Below are positions 28,101 to 47,228 of a stretch of 64,000 bases of DNA, one piece after another. The stretch spans positions 7,626,001 through 7,690,000 of the forward strand of contig CM060733.1 in NCBI GenBank assembly GCA_030704615.1. Direction: 5' to 3'. The notes under the pieces are model-generated. The model was not told where the DNA came from and ran no database searches. It was given only the letters and a program-made list of their open reading frames with translations. This DNA comes from Takakia lepidozioides. Lineage: Eukaryota > Plantae > Bryophyta. Numbering within the stretch: position 1 is the stretch's first letter; every line of letters starts with the position of its first letter. Position numbers and translations under genes: made by a program.

Positions 28101-31100
28101 TTTAAAAGGCCACAATAAGCCTGATAAACATGAGACTACTTAGGTGTCTCTCTGTTCAGATGGCATTCGTTACACCCTTAACATATGCAGTTCCTTTTAA
28201 GTCACACCTACCATATCCATATTAGGATGTAGGCAGACATCACAGTTTGTTATGGGAATCCATGTTTCTCAGTGAAATTAAGCTGTGGTTCTCTTGCTGT
28301 TACAAGTGCAGGTCCGACAGCAGGCTGGCCAAAATACTGAGGTTAGTGCTACCTATCTGACAGAGCTTCAAGAGCGAGAGGAAAAGGCTCAAACGGAAGG
28401 CCTTGGCATATGGAACAAGGCAAGTACTTGTAGTGAGAAATTTCTTTGTTCAAAGTAATAGCCATTTCTTCACCAGGGTTTCACTTGTCATTGCACCATT
28501 TTCAGTCAGTTGAGAGCCTCAAGACAATGCGAAGGGACTCTTTTTGCTTCTGATTTCTGGGGTAAAGATGAAGACGGCATTTTGTGAGGTGCTTTCTGGA
28601 GAAATGAATCAGTCTCATGACTGGAGGAAGCTTTGGACAATGGTAGTGGTCGTCAATAGACATAATTGTACTGATGTATTCAGTTGGTATGTTTCTATAT
28701 GAGGGCACAGACACCGGGAGCAGGAGAGGCTTCTATAAGGGATCTGCCTCCATCTGCAATAGGAGATGCAGCGAACTTTGATGCCATGGGCCTTGTGGAG
28801 ACAAGCAAAGGAAAACTGCTGCCCGCTATTGTCGAACAAGTCAGGGATGGCAGTACTGTTCGGGTCTACCTCCTTCCGGACTTTCAGTATGTGCAAGTTT
28901 ATGTGGCTGGAATCCAGGTGATTTTCTGTGGCTCCCAGTCTGCAGGTGCTCTACAACCATCTCCTCTTCTCTTGCTGATCTTCCCTCCTCCACCCTTCCA
29001 CTCCCCCCTTCAGTCCCTGGTCCATGAATCTGCGTGCAGCATCTGAGACCACAGCGTTGCTTTCAGTACCAGGTCCGTTGCTTTTTCTTAGCTTTCTGAG
29101 CTGGTTGGTCTGTTTCGCAGTCACCATCAATGGGTAGGCGTGCTCAGCCAGGAAGGCCTCAGGCACCACGAGAAGCCACAGTACCGAAGGCTGTAAACGG
29201 GGAGATGAAGTCTGAGGAGGATGGGGCAACTGCAGCCGAAACCCCAGCTGCCAGTGGTCCTTTAACTTCAGCCCAAAAACTAGTTGCATCGAATGCAGCT
29301 GCAGCCAATGCAGAAGTGCCACCTGATCCCTTTGCAAGGGAGGCAAAACATTTCACAGAAGTCCGTGTTTTAAATAGAGATGTAAGTTGCACTCCATTTG
29401 CAGAGGTTCTGGACAATTCCAAACAGAGAGATAGACTCATCAGTGTCATATGAGGGCTTAATCCCAGGGATACCACTCGGAGCTTGTGCAGACTCAACTC
29501 ATCAGGGTCTGAAGGTCAGCCTTAAGTTTTTGTAGAAATTGTGCAGAACCAGTGATAGCCCAGCGGCACTGACTGCACTGCTAGTCATACTGTAGGTTTG
29601 CTTGCCAAAGCCTATGGTGGCAAGAGTGGGATAGAGGCAGTAGGCAAGGGAGATGAGGCTAAGAGGTAATTGACTGTGGCACACTCATAGGAGGGTGGCT
29701 GTAGCACAATTGCATCCCTAGGTCTTTTTTGCTAGGATGAGGGAACAAAGATGAGATAGAGAAAGCAACTGTGTAGAACATATGTCAAATGGGCATGCCT
29801 TCATCAATTGCAACACTAGGTGCAAAGGTGAGATAGAGAAGATGGCAAGTTTTAGGACACATCCCTCAGCAACCGTGTAACATGTGTCATCTTGGTGGAT
29901 GGACTTACAGGTGAGGGTGGTCTTAGAAGGGGCAGACAAATACAACAATCTGATTGGTTCCGTCCATTATCCAGATGGAGATGTCGCGATTGATCTTTCA
30001 CTTGAGTTGGTAAAGCAGGTAAGGCACACTTATGCATTTTGTTAGTGTTCACATGGTACTTCTTTCCTTTTATAAGCCTTGCACGTGTCACTATCAGAGT
30101 GCACTCCTAAGGAAGACTTTGTGCACCTGAAATCAGTCCTGGCATGGGAGAAAGGGGGGAGCAAGGTTTTGTACTCAGTCGTCTAGTACTTAACCAATGT
30201 GAGTCAATAAGAGATGATGAAATGGACCCATTTGGCTTGACTTGTACTTACTGAAGAAACTTCTGAGGCAGAAAATCATATCCCTTAGTAATTGGGATGC
30301 TTTTGATTTATGACTTTGGATGTGTGGCAAGAGAATCTACTCATATGGATTTCTTGGAGGCATCAGGAAATTGCATGGTGAGATGGCCGGTCAGTTCAGA
30401 GGGCACTTCATATTCACTTATCACTGAATGCAAGACAAGTTGAAATATACGTCTCGGTGTCCCCCATCCTTGGTGTGTCTCTCTCCCTCTATGTATGTGT
30501 TCTCATGTCTGACACAGTCTGGAACAAGCAGGGGCTGGCCAAAGTGGTAGAGTGGAGTGCGAATATGCTTGAAGAGGATGCCAAAAGGCGCTTGAAATCA
30601 GCAGAATTACAGTCCAAGAAGGATCGCCTGCGTATCTGGACCCATTACGTCCCACCTGCCACCAATTCCACAGCCATTCGTGACGTTAATTTCACCGGAA
30701 AGGTATATATTCTCTGTATCTCTGTGTCTCTCTTTCTTTGGACATTCTTTGTTTTTTTTTGTCTTTTTCATCTATCCCTAAGCTGTCACCTTTGAGGTCA
30801 CTTCTTGGCAGATGTACCTGCATGAGACAGTGGATTTTTGCTTATGTTTGCTGTCTTTTTATGTGTTTGTCTTGTTGTTTTTGCTTTGCCCCATGGGCCC
30901 TAATGGGTCCCCAGGGGCGTGAATGTTCTAAACATATTACATTCACTCTTTGTCTCTTCACCCCAGAGCAAATTGTAAATCCCAAACATGTCAGTCACAG
31001 CCTTGGCAAGTAATGCTGACAGGGTCAGCAACCAGAGCAGCCTTCTCCCTCTCTCTTATTGTTTTTTATGCTCTCGTAAGGGAAGGTAACAAAAGATTTG

Positions 31101-34100
31101 TGTAAATCAAAGCAACCGGGGCATTCCAAAATATGCTGATGCTGGCAGCGCCAGCAGAAACCATACTAAATCAGGGAGTGTGGTTGAAGTAGAGAATTTC
31201 CAAGGAAAGGCACTTGATGGAGGAATAAACTGAACAGTCAAATGACACCAGCACCTGGTCCGTAAAAATGAGATAGGTGCTAGGAGTGGCACTCAAGAAT
31301 CCTGGGAAGACCCATTTAATCAAAGATTGGACAATCAGTCCGCCTCTTTCTATCTGTGGCCGTCAGCCTGCCATATGGCCTTGCAAACTGCGGTCACTAA
31401 AGACTGAAAGTATGGTGTAGTAATGTCCTAGTGTCAGTTTGACGTGTAAGTTGAAAGGAGACGATCACCAGTTTATATGAAGGGTTGTTGGAGTCCAGGA
31501 TGAATCTCCCCATCTTTGTGTGGTGGATGTGAAAGAGGCTTGTGGGGGTTGGCATGCAGAGTTTAAGTGTGGCACTAACAAGGGATTGGGGATTGGAGAG
31601 CAGGTGATAGAAGTGGTCAGTGGAGATTGCATTGTCGTGGCTGATGATGCTGCCCCGTTCGGGAGCCCTGCGGCAGAGAGACGAGTCAATTTGTCCAGCA
31701 TTCGTGCACCCAAAATAGGAAACCCAAAAAAGGAAGAACGGCCAGCTGCCTATGCTCGGGAAGCAAAGGAGTATCTGCGCATTCTTCTGATTGGTCAACA
31801 GGTTTATCTCTTTCCTGCTAAAGATTTTCATGAAGATTATGCACAGTAGATGTGTGGCCAGAGAACTTAGCTGTGGAGAGCTATGTCAGTATGCTGCGAC
31901 TGTCATCCAATAGGGAGGCTTCAAGATAGTGACATCACGCCTCGTGCAGGTGAATGTGACAATGGAATATTCTCGCAAAGTGGGGTTGACAGATGGGCCC
32001 ACAATGGGCGCAGCCCCCCCAGGTGTTGATGTACGTACTATGGATTTTGGGTCAGTATTTTTGGTGGTAGCTCCTAAAGGGGAGCCATTGGAAACTCCAG
32101 CAACTTTGGCAGTTGCTGGCCAACCGCAAGGTGTGAACGTGGCAGAAATTGTTGTGGCCCGTGGTTTTGCCACAGTTGTGAGACATAGAGACTTTGAGGA
32201 GAGGTCCAATTACTACGAAGCCCTGCTGGCTGCTGAGTCAAGGGCACTGAAGGGCAAGAAGAAAATCCACTCACAGAAAGAGTCCCCAGTGGCCCACATC
32301 AATGACCTCTCCCTGCAGGTAGGCCCCGCACCTTTCACTGACACCAGTTTCTGCGATGTCCTCTTTTTCTCCCATCTCTCTTTAATCGAAGGCTACAGTA
32401 GGCATATATGACTTCTCTAACCCCGTTCTTTAGTACATACGAGGCATGTAGTTTTGGATGTGGCCTTTAGTCTTCTTCAGATGCTCTGTGAGCAATATGG
32501 ATGTCAAGGTCCACTTTTTCTGTGCTAACAAGGATGGTCTATGGACTGAACTTACAGGGGACAGCTAAAAAAGCGAGGGATTTTCTGCCATTTTTGCAAC
32601 GGTCGAAGAAATTGCCAGCTGTGGTTGACTATGTGCTGAGTGGTCACCGTTTTAAGTTGATCATTCCCAAGGAAACATGTGCCATAGCCTTTTCATTGTC
32701 CGGGGTTCGATGCCCAGGTCGTGGTGAACCTTATGCAGATGAGGCCATGTCTTTCATGCGACGGCGGATTCTCCAACGGGATGTGGAGGTGATTTTCCTT
32801 GAGATTTATTGGTTGATGTCCTAAGTTTTTCCAGACATGATTTTTTGGTCATTTGCCTAGAAATAGGAATGAGGGATTCATGGGAAAGAGTTAGAAGAGT
32901 GCTGATGCACCACAGCCTTGTTGCTTCTCCTCAGAGCTTACTCCAAAATACTTCAAAGTTTATTACCAGCTACTTGGTAGCCATATTGGATGCAGATTGG
33001 TTGACAGTATCTAACACCAGGGCAACTCTCTGCAGATTGAGGTGGAAACTGTTGACAAGACTGGCACATTTTTGGGTAGTTTGTGGGAGTCCAAGGGGAA
33101 TGTGTCGGTGGCATTGTTAGAGGCTGGCCTAGCTAAGCTGCATCCTATGTTTACTGCTGATCGCACCACCGAGGGCCACTTACTGGTTCAAGCTCAAGAC
33201 CGTGCAAAGAAGCAACACTTGAAGGTGTGCAACCTTCCCTGCAAAATCTTTCGCTTTATTTCTTCCGTAAAGGTGTGTCACAAGATGAGGGGAGGATGGG
33301 CATGGCTGCGGGCATAGCAGAAACTTCAGAGAGACACTGTAGATGTAGATACTCTAGAGCTCATGTATACTAGGCAGTCAAAAGGGTCATCAGCAAGCTA
33401 AAAGGTGAAAATATTGGTTTGCAGGTTTGGGAGGGCTATGTGGAAGGTCAGGAGGAGACACTGACTGCATCAACTGACGGGGCAAAGTCCAAGGAGGTGC
33501 CAGCTTTCCATGTGAGTACTTCTGTTTGGTCATATTTTGTGTAGTGATGCGGAAGATATACTTTGACTGGTCCCTGCGAATGTTCGCTAACATGTTGCAT
33601 GGTATGATGCTGGATGTACAACCTCCTGGAGCTGGTGGTTTGAGCTCACCATGATATATGACCCCATATCACAACATTATAGGTAGTGAGTAGTGTTTAG
33701 TTTACAGGCCACTGTCCCAGCATTGACGTCAGTCCGAGGTTCACATGAGCACTGCTGCTAAATTCTTGAAGTGAGAGTGTGAGATAAAGGAAGACTTAAT
33801 TCTCTCTATGACAAAAGAATAAAGATTTAGAATATCCATGGAAATACCATAAACCCCAGATGGTAAGGGAGTGTAACAGATAACAATCATCTATGAGCTC
33901 TATGAAAGTTGTGTGAAGATGAGAGCCTCATGGAGGCAAGCTGCTAAGCATTTTGGTACCCAGAAGTAGTGCTCTATCAGTGATATAAGTCTCTGAAGAA
34001 ACAGTTGTGTTCCCCTTGAATCTCCTAATTTACTCAGCAGAAATGATGGTGTGGTCTCCACTTCTTGGATGATACAAGCAGAGCAGATCTTATTCTCACG

Positions 34101-35738
34101 CATTGAGATTGTTTGAGCTGATTTGAAAAGCCACTGCTGGTAGTGGTGTGAAAAATTGTGGACCAGTAGTATGGCATCTCAAGGAAATTTTCGTTGCATT
34201 TACAGAGGATGTGGTCAAATAAGCTGACTGTTTTCTCATCTTTGAAGGTTCGTGTGACGGACATATTGGGAGGAGGAAGATTCTATGTACAGACTGTTGA
34301 TGATGCGCGAGTGCATTCCATCCAGCAACAATTAGAAACATTGCGACTTGGGGATAAACCGCTGCCACCTGGTGCCTTCCAACCCAAGAAGGGGGATACG
34401 GTCATTGCTCGATTCACAGCTGATGACTCCTGGAATCGTGCCTTGGTAAGTCAGTCAGTCTGACCACAAGAGGATGTGCATATGTAGGTGAAAGGAAGAC
34501 TGCATTTGGAATTCTATGCTCTGACGCTGGTGGATTGGTGTAGCTTCACATGACCATTCCTGATGTCACCTGGTTGGCTTGGTGCTCAGATAGTGAATGT
34601 GCCGCGGCAGCCTCCCACTTCAGGGAAGGGTGAATACGAAGTGTTCTACATTGACTATGGGAACCAGGAGATGGTTGCCTTGTCCAGATTGCGTCCGTTG
34701 GATCCATCAGTCTCTGCTGCACCACAAGGCCTGGCACAGCTATGTACCCTTGCACACATTAAGGTTCCTGAACTGGACGAAGACTTTGGGCAGGAGGCAG
34801 CAGAGATGCTTAGTGAAACGGTGGGCAACAAAGTAATGATTGCAAAGGTTGAAGAGAAAGATGTCACAGGGGGAAAGGTAAAAGGCCAAGGAACGGGTCC
34901 TTGCCTTATTGTTACTCTCCTTGAGCCAGAAAGCAACAAGAGCATCCAGTCAGTTCTTCTGGAAGTGAGTGTCAATCCTTCTCTTGTCAGCCTTCTCAGT
35001 GAATCTTGACCATCTGTTTCGAAAGTGATCTGTGCTTTACAATAATTATTAAACATACTCTCTCTATTTCTCTCACTAACAAAATCACAGATCTCTATCC
35101 CTCTGCCACAGTTTCTTGTTTCTCTTGGTTATTGGTGGATGGGGGCAGTTTTCCTCTTCGATTCCAACCCACTGGGTAGCAAAGGTCAATGGCTGAGTCC
35201 TTGTTTAATTCCTACTTGGTTTGTAGTGATCCTCGCCAAGTGGATGAACCACATGAAAAATTTGTGTTGGCTGGAGCCAGCACTAGGCTAGGGCTACTGA
35301 TGGGAGATGAGTATTCTATTTTATTATGATGCAATGAATGGAGTTGCATTATTGTTGCATTAAGGTGATGGACATGACAAGGCTTCTGTACTTCGATCAG
35401 GAAGAAAAACCTACATGGGTGTGAACCAGGGCCGCTACAGCATCACCACCCACATTGGCCTCTTTTGTCATTCACTGAGCTATATGTTGGAACCTTCACG
35501 AGTCAGAAAATGGTCTACTGAGGAGTATGTTGTAAAATGTGTGCATATGTAGGCTGGGCTGGCGAGACTGGAGAAAATGAAGAAATGGGACAGCCCGGAG
35601 AAGAAAGAGGCGTTTGCCAAGTATGAGCAGTTCCAGGACGAGGCACGCAAAGCTCGTCAGAACATATGGCAGTACGGTGACGTTGAATCAGATGAGGAGG
35701 ACAACCCTCCATTCAGGAGGGGAGGTGGGCGGCGTTGA
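25124..35738 (+). CDS. TSN: Tudor staphylococcal nuclease (Tudor-SN), 16 exons
   Basis: Exons 25124-25258, 26328-26402, 26598-26711, 28312-28419, 28711-28917, 29121-29381, 29911-30018, 30532-30702, 31604-31801, 31950-32318, 32558-32788, 33036-33224, 33425-33511, 34248-34445, 34590-34964, 35553-35738. Motifs VKAVPSGDSL, DEPFAWDSREYLRKKCIGK, EVVSGD, VDYVLSGHRFK, Tudor FYIDYGNQE, and IWQYGDVESDEED. Confidence 0.97.
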
Positions 35739-37074
35739 AATGGACCTTTTTGACGGTAGAGTTAATTCAGGCGGGAACATCTTGCTTTTCCCTTGGAGTG
35801 TTTTCCTTCTCTTTTCTTGGAGGTTGATTCCACAAGTGAAGGGTTGAATCTCAAGACCACTCCAGCTGCCACAAACGATGAGTTCTTTGTGTAGGAGTTT
35901 TGATGTCTATCTCCTCAGCATCACTTATGGTACCCTCAATTAGGCTTATGACGGATGCATTGAGCAGTGGCCTGGTGGCTCAAACTGTTGCCAGCTATTC
36001 ATCATTACGGTGGTTGGCATCTTCATTAGATGTAGTCAATCACCAGGACTTGGGAGGTGCAAACCTCCCTCAGTCCACTTGAGTTTTGTTTGACTGAAAC
36101 CTGGGTTGGAGTTGGGAGGTTCCATGTGACAGCAACATGGCTTTCGCAGTTGAGCTGTGGGTAATCCCCTCAGTTCCTGAATACTGCATTTCAGAAATAA
36201 AGTGAAGCACAGTGGCGCAGAGATCATACTGTGTTTGTCCTTGCCAGAAATAGTGGAGGATTAGAGCGAGGTCTAAATTTGCTCATCGTCTGTCTGTGTG
36301 GGTTTTCAGTTGTCTTCACATGTGGCATTGCCACATCTGAATGTTGCTGCACTGCCAGTCCTAATGTTGAGGAGAGGCCATGCAAAAGCAGAGAATTAAA
36401 GAGAAACAAATGAACTCTTAAGACATCATGGGGGAGCCTGGGCCTACTTGGTAGAACAACAAGAAAAACTCCACAGCAAAAGACTCAGAGAGAGAGAGAT
36501 GGAATGTACTTATAAGGGGTTGTTTGTTGACCCCCTTATGGCCATAGACCTGAGAGACAGATAGAGTGTACTCATGAGACGTTTTTGCCATAGCCCTGTG
36601 GCCATAGACTCCATGCCCAGTTTGGGCTGAATTAGAAGGAACAGACACCGACACTGAGGCATGTTGGTAATTTCCAGAAGTTTCAATGGTTTTGGTTCTT
36701 TAAGGTCCCATCAGTAGCAATTGCTTCCAAGTTCTCCTTCTGAAAATGATCAACATTAATCCATGGATTTAGAGTTTGTATCCATGCTTATGTAAAGATT
36801 GTGGTTAGAAACGGCAAAGGCATTCTTCTTGAGCTGTGTAGCTCGCTCAGAGGGATACCAGGGAGTACCTCAAAGATTCTGTCTGCCATTCAGCGAGACA
36901 GCAATCCTGATTCTCTCCCGTCAGGCTGTTTCACTGAATTGGTTTTGGTTTACAAGATACTCAGCAGCAGTATGCCTCTCCACAAAGGACGCTCATCAGT
37001 GCCAAAGCTATAGATCTCGCCACTCTTCTTTATCGTGCAGGGTGGTGGAATTTAAAGTCAGGAGTCAGAGCCAG

Positions 37075-37160
37075 TTGTTTGCGTCGAACACTTTCACAAT
37101 ATACAACGAGAAGGCGTGAAGGCAGACAAGGCCACTTTCATGAGTTTCTTGAAGGCCTGA
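37075..37160 (+). pseudogene. PLS-class PPR motif remnant
   Basis: Reads CVEHFHNIQREGVKADKATFMSFLKA*, close to the PPR consensus MQREGVKPDKVTFMSILKAC. Weaker PPR-like pieces lie nearby; there is no intact ORF. Confidence 0.45.
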
Positions 37161-40100
37161 CAAGCGGCTTCATATGAGCATAACCGGAGCTGGATTGAAA
37201 TCAGACGTCAGAGTGGGGACTGCGGCGGTTGCAGGTTTAATGCTTGCTAACCAGGACCCAAAGTGCTTTTACCAGTTCACCTACATGAGGCACTCCGTCT
37301 CTCTGTAGCCTTGGGGGTTTTGATTTCTCCATCGTTTTCAGTAGTTGTTCTTCTCTGTTATTCTACTGCCCCATGGGCACCTAATCAATTGCTGTGTCTT
37401 CTTTGTCTCTGCGCTTGGAAATGGCTGACAGACAATCTTCTGAGCACATCGCAGGACTTCGTCTGGCTATTTCAATAATCTGTCTGAAGGCGGACAAGTC
37501 TCTCCACAGTCGATGTCACTTCCCTAGCATCCAAAATACTTTTTGCTAGTATACAGTGGTGGAAGTTTGTGTGAATTGTTTTCTGTAACAGGTCTGTGGG
37601 GAGCATGTTGGCAACTTCACTGACCTCTTTTGAGCTGTTTCCTCCCAGTTCTAGCATCAAAGCACAAGGCAACAAATTACCAGAAAGCCTCGTGATGCAC
37701 ATACAACACCAGGTCCTCATACAACCCATCTGCGAGTAAAACATTTATCTCCAAAAAGAAAATTTGGGTGATTGCAACATCAGCTCATATAAAAGAAAAA
37801 TGTCCTAACCCTCCACATAGACACCCAGAGCCCAGTAGCCATGATTATCCTTGCTTTCCCCCTCTCCCCTCTCCCCTCTCCCTGAATGAAAGCAAGATAT
37901 CCCTGTGCCTATCAGCACTTGGACTAGCTGTATTCAAGTCAGCTTGGACTTTGCTCTTTATACATGTATGTAGCTTGGAGCTCCCAAGCCTGCCATCTGT
38001 ATCCATCATGCATTCTGGTAGAATGTGTATTGATTCCCTCCAAGGCATTGTTTTGGGTATCCCTCAGGTTGCTCCCAAGCATGGATCTGCCTTTGATGCA
38101 CCCTGCTGAATGATGTCTCCTCTACACACTTGGGCTTTGATGGAATTACTCATTTATGTTCATGGGCAGGCTTCACACACAACTGCAATAAATTGTTACA
38201 AACAAATGAGGATCATCAAAGGGAGAAATCAATCCATGAGGATCATTGGGTCATTACACAATCTCCTTTTTATTCAAAAAATAAAATAAAAATAAAGTAT
38301 AAGGCAGCTGGATGGATGAACAGAACTGAGTAAATGCAGGTGCTGACTTTCATTAACTCCACCATAGCAGCATCAAATGTAGGGAATGTACAAGTGTAAA
38401 TGAAGTAGAAGTGGCCCCCAACTGCCCTAAATTTGGCTTCAAGTTACTCCAGGGACCCAGGAAAATGGAGCCTTAATGGGACTCACTTCATGGGGTCTCC
38501 CCCATTAGACTATTTACTATTCACCCCCTCTATTTCCTCCAGCTAAGCCTATGCATGCTCCTGTAGGAATATTTGCACCCAACGGTAGTAATTACCTACC
38601 CTCCCGCAAATTACCTACTCTCTGCAATTTACCCTATTTATACCCTAACCTGACCCACGGGTTTGATTGCCGGTCAACTCAAAGTCAAAGCTCCGCCAAG
38701 GAATGCGGATGGATAGATTCCCACATCCCCTGCTAGTCCTCATCCATCCGTCCCTTCCTACGCCACGCGGAAGCTCGCAATTAGGCGACGCCTCTCGCAG
38801 CGCTGGCGTATTTACGACTGACGACTATACATATGTAGGATATATATATGTATTTTTGTGTATTATGGGAGTATTGTACAGCATGAGCGTATGGGGTCAC
38901 GGCGTGCCATAAATTAGTCAGATTAATGGCGAAACCGTGACACGTGTCTGTGGCTTTTGTCGGCCATTCGCCCTCCCGCGCTTCACAATAAACTCTCTCA
39001 TCCATCCGCTAACCTGGACGGAAACTGGCCTGCTAGATGAGATACATGGTTCATCCACATTCGTCCATCCATATTTGTTCTCTTTTCTGGTTTATTCGGG
39101 TTTAATTGTTTAAAAACAATTATTTGGGGCTCAATTATGACCGAAAAAACAGCGCTGTTAGGTCAGAGGTGGACTCGATCCAACCCCCTTTCACTGTACT
39201 GGGATCAAAATCTACTAATTTATGCCCGTCTTGGCTGCCCGGCCCTATTTCGGGCTCTCTCCGTAACCCGGTGCGGCTTCGATAAGGATGACTCTCTTTT
39301 TATCATCCATTGGGAGTAGCATATGCTCACATCCATCCAATTTCTCATCCCTGCGCACCCAAGGCTATGTCCGGTAACCGGTGTATAAGTTGCGAGGATC
39401 GCCTCACAACGATCACCTAGCGACCGGATCTTGTTTGTGTGAAATTAAAAAGAACTGCGTTAAAGCAAAAAAAAAAAGAAGAAGACGGATCAGAAGAATT
39501 GTCTTCGGATGGGCGATTTTGGACGTTCTAATTTAAGGTTATGAACAGAGCGCAATCATTCATCCATGATCAGCAATAAGTTGTTCACAGAGGCGTGTGG
39601 ACAGAGTTGGGGATTTCATCCGCCGGCACGGAAAGCGTTCATCCGTAAAAGGTGGTGAACGTCCATTGGGCGTCCGTGCCGACGCAATAACTATGGCGAT
39701 GTCGTGTTCACGACACACCACGTGGCGAAGATCTAGTCGTCGATTGTGTCTCTGTATAGTCGCGTCTCTGACCTTGGTTAAGTGTATGGTAAGGATTAGT
39801 ATCGCTAATACGGATTATTAGTTAATATTAGACGCTAAACTTGGGGTTAAGTTTGCGTAATTTAATCCGTAGGTGCTAGGATTGGGTCAAAGACGGCAGT
39901 CGTGGCTCTGACCAGACCTCGTTTGGGTTCGTGGTTGGGCATTTACAGTTATTCTTTTTTCTTTTTTCGGTTTTTAATTATGCGAGGGAGGCATTCCATG
40001 TGGTATTTATTGCAGATACGAGATCTATTTGTGCAGTTGAGCGGTATTATAATACGGTCCATGAACTGTTGGGAGGGATGGAAATTGATGGGAAGTGAGA

Positions 40101-40836
40101 TTTGAACCCAACCAAATGAGTTGAACCAATTCCAACGACTTGATGGTGAGAGAATGCCAACTATTCCCTTGTGGACCTTGTTTTTCAGTCAATGAGTCCA
40201 CCCTCTTGGTTATTATGATGTTTTTCCTTTTTTGTTAGAAACAACATATTCTGCTACATTTGTTATTTATGAACTGGATAATGGGTGAATGAATGAATAA
40301 GGCCATGCTCACTATAAAGTCTCTCAACCATCTCAAAATCTGGTCATCTGCTTCACACTTCCGCCATAAAGACATCCATTGACTTGCTCATTCATTCGGA
40401 CATTCATTCATTCATTTACTCAGCACAGTGATATTATCCATTCTCTTTTTTCAGTCATCGAATGAATTCAAGTTGCCGAGGCCCACTCAACATTCCAGAA
40501 ATTAAGGGAAAAAAAAAAACTTTGACCAAAAGGGGACCGGAAGGAGGGGGGCTTTCTTTTCTTTTCTTTTTTCTAAAGGAATGGGAGGCATTATTGTCCC
40601 AAACTGAAATTTGGATGATGGACGAAGAAACGACGATGGTTCGAACTTACGACCACAGTACAGAGTACCACTCGAGCCCCTTCCTCGCACCAGACCCGTT
40701 GTAAGAGATGAATGTAGGATGGATTATTCTATTTGTCATCCATCGTCGGTACTCAAATGTGACTAAGCAGTCACAATATGTAGTCTAGGCTTTCATCATT
40801 CCTTTATTTATCATACTTGTTAACAGGGCACACCAC

Positions 40837-41220
40837 CACCATCATTTTGCCTTACGTCCGCTGCGATTAGATCTTCGCATCGAGCTTACCCATGCTTTTA
40901 CATTAATTTGCACCCCCTCGGAACTGGGACGGTCACCATCATTTGATCTCACCTTCCATCCGATTAGATTTTCGCGTCGAGCTACTTTTACATGACTATG
41001 TCCCCCGCCCCCCCCAAATGGGAAATCACCATCATTTGATCTCACGTTCCATCCGATTAGATTTTCGCGTTGAACCGATACTTTTACATCACTACCTATG
41101 TCCCCTGCCTCCCCCCGAAATGGGACGATCACCATCATTTGGCCTCGCGTCCGTTCCGATTAGATCATCTTCGCATCAATTTGCACCCCAACCCCCAAAA
41201 TGGGCCGGTCCCCATGATCA
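40837..41220. repeat. Degenerate ~95-bp tandem repeat (about 4 copies) upstream of CDKA
   Basis: CACCATCATTT...CGATTAGAT(T/C)TTCGC...CCCCC...TGGG units start at 40837, 40934, 41027 and 41130. Confidence 0.8.
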
Positions 41221-42956
41221 CCACAACTGCGATTATTTGCTATCCATCCACCAAAAGCCTACGTTTACTAGTCCCAACTTTTCATCCATCTGCTCGTTCG
41301 TTCGACTTACATCTATCCAGGTTTGAGGAATTCAGCGGCTTGTACTAATATGTACGGTACAAGAGACAAACATACGGAATGTGCACGTAAATACTCGTAG
41401 CTACGACCGGGCGGCCATTTATAACTCGCCACATCCGCCCCGGTGTGAACGCGACCCAAAGCGCAAACTCTGCGCCTACCGCCGTTGCCGGTCGCCCCAG
41501 ATAGTCCTTCTTCGCCTCCCTTGCCCCCACCCACCTTCTACCACCGGTTCTCGTCCCCGTCGACCTGCCATCACCGGTTTCCTGTCAGATCGAGTTTCGC
41601 CACGACCCTGGGATTCATTTATATTACTTTATATTCCGATTTTAGAAATTCCACCGAGCATGGCATTGTGAAACGCAAGGTCAAGAAGCCGCAGCCCCAA
41701 CTCTGATCACAGGACGATGATAATTGTTGTTATTATTATTAGAAATAAAAAAACATAATAGACTGTTTTCCCCGGTCCTCATCCAGCGCCGCGGTCAATT
41801 TCGCCGGGCATTCATCCAGCGATGAAGACAAAAGGATGGATGGAAAAGGCGACGGCGCAAAAGTGAAGGGACGTCCTGCGGCGATAGCTGGCGAGGAGCA
41901 CATGGGCAGCGTGGCGATAGCGCCAGACCCTAGAGGCGGCGACGGTGACCGGGAGGTCCCGCGCGGGGAAGGCTGGGGCCCCCAGCCTGTGCGCTGCGGC
42001 CCTCTCCCGCCCTTCCCTCGCTGCCTCTCCTGCAGAGCTCGTCCCCCCGCGAGAAGAGAGTCTGAGCTCTCCGATGATTTCTGGTAGCTATCCATCGGCG
42101 TGAGATTTTTATGGCAGCTGTGGTTGTGATTGCAGCTGTGGCTTGCTTCTTGCTGTCTGTGTGATGGAGTTCTGACACTGCCTTCATCCTGCTGCTCATT
42201 TCATTATATGCAATGCGTCTGCCCGCGTTGTGCTTGCTCTGCTGAGCTATGGTTGTGGTCTCGGCATCCATTTTTTCATCTGAAGAGTCGTGAGACTGGC
42301 CTCGTTTGGTTGCGCTCTGGCTTTGCAATGTATCTGGCCGTGATTGTTTTGTTGTGCTGAGCTGTCATTGTGTTTGCGATCTTCCCAGGCCTTTTATGTT
42401 CCATTCCTCTCTTGTTCAAGTTCGGCTCTTCCGTCAATGGCTTCACTCTGCTGCGATTCTCTTTGACTGTTCCTGGATGATCTTTTGACTCTGTTGCCAC
42501 GGCTGTTTGATCTTGCTTCACTTTCTTGGCAGATTCGTGTTCAGCATATCTCATCATCTTTCTGCTTTCCCTGAGTAGCCTCTTCACTTGTCCTTGTCTT
42601 GCACCGATTTGACAACTGAAGTCTTGTTTGTGCTTACGTGTACTCCCCGTTGCCAATTCTTCTTGCCCAGTCCCCGCGCCTCTTTTATCTGTCTCCGTTG
42701 ATTGTAAACCTCTAGTGTTAGTGTTCACTTCCCTGTTGAGTCTCTCTTGAGCAATTGTTTCCCATGACGGTAGTTTGCATCTGGCTTCACCATGATCATT
42801 GTTCCCTAGCTCTCTAAACATTCTCGTGCGTGGTGCCTTTCGGAACTTCTCGTAACCCCCTTCCTCGGTCAATAACTTTTAGCGAGTGAAGCCTCAGGCA
42901 TTATATCGAAGCGTATTGTCGGATCCTCGCTCGACATTAGCTGTCTGTGGTTCTGA

Positions 42957-47228
<4,272 letters not shown>

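Noticed and set aside
38550-39900. GGATG/CATCC-rich segments as a defined MITE or ncRNA
   Set aside because: They look repeat-derived, but I could not define TIRs, a TSD or a structure.
42276-42872. 198-aa minus-strand ORF
   Set aside because: It is antisense to the T/C-rich region (probable leader intron) upstream of the CDKA ATG; the K/E/R-rich composition is a strand-bias artefact with no motif.
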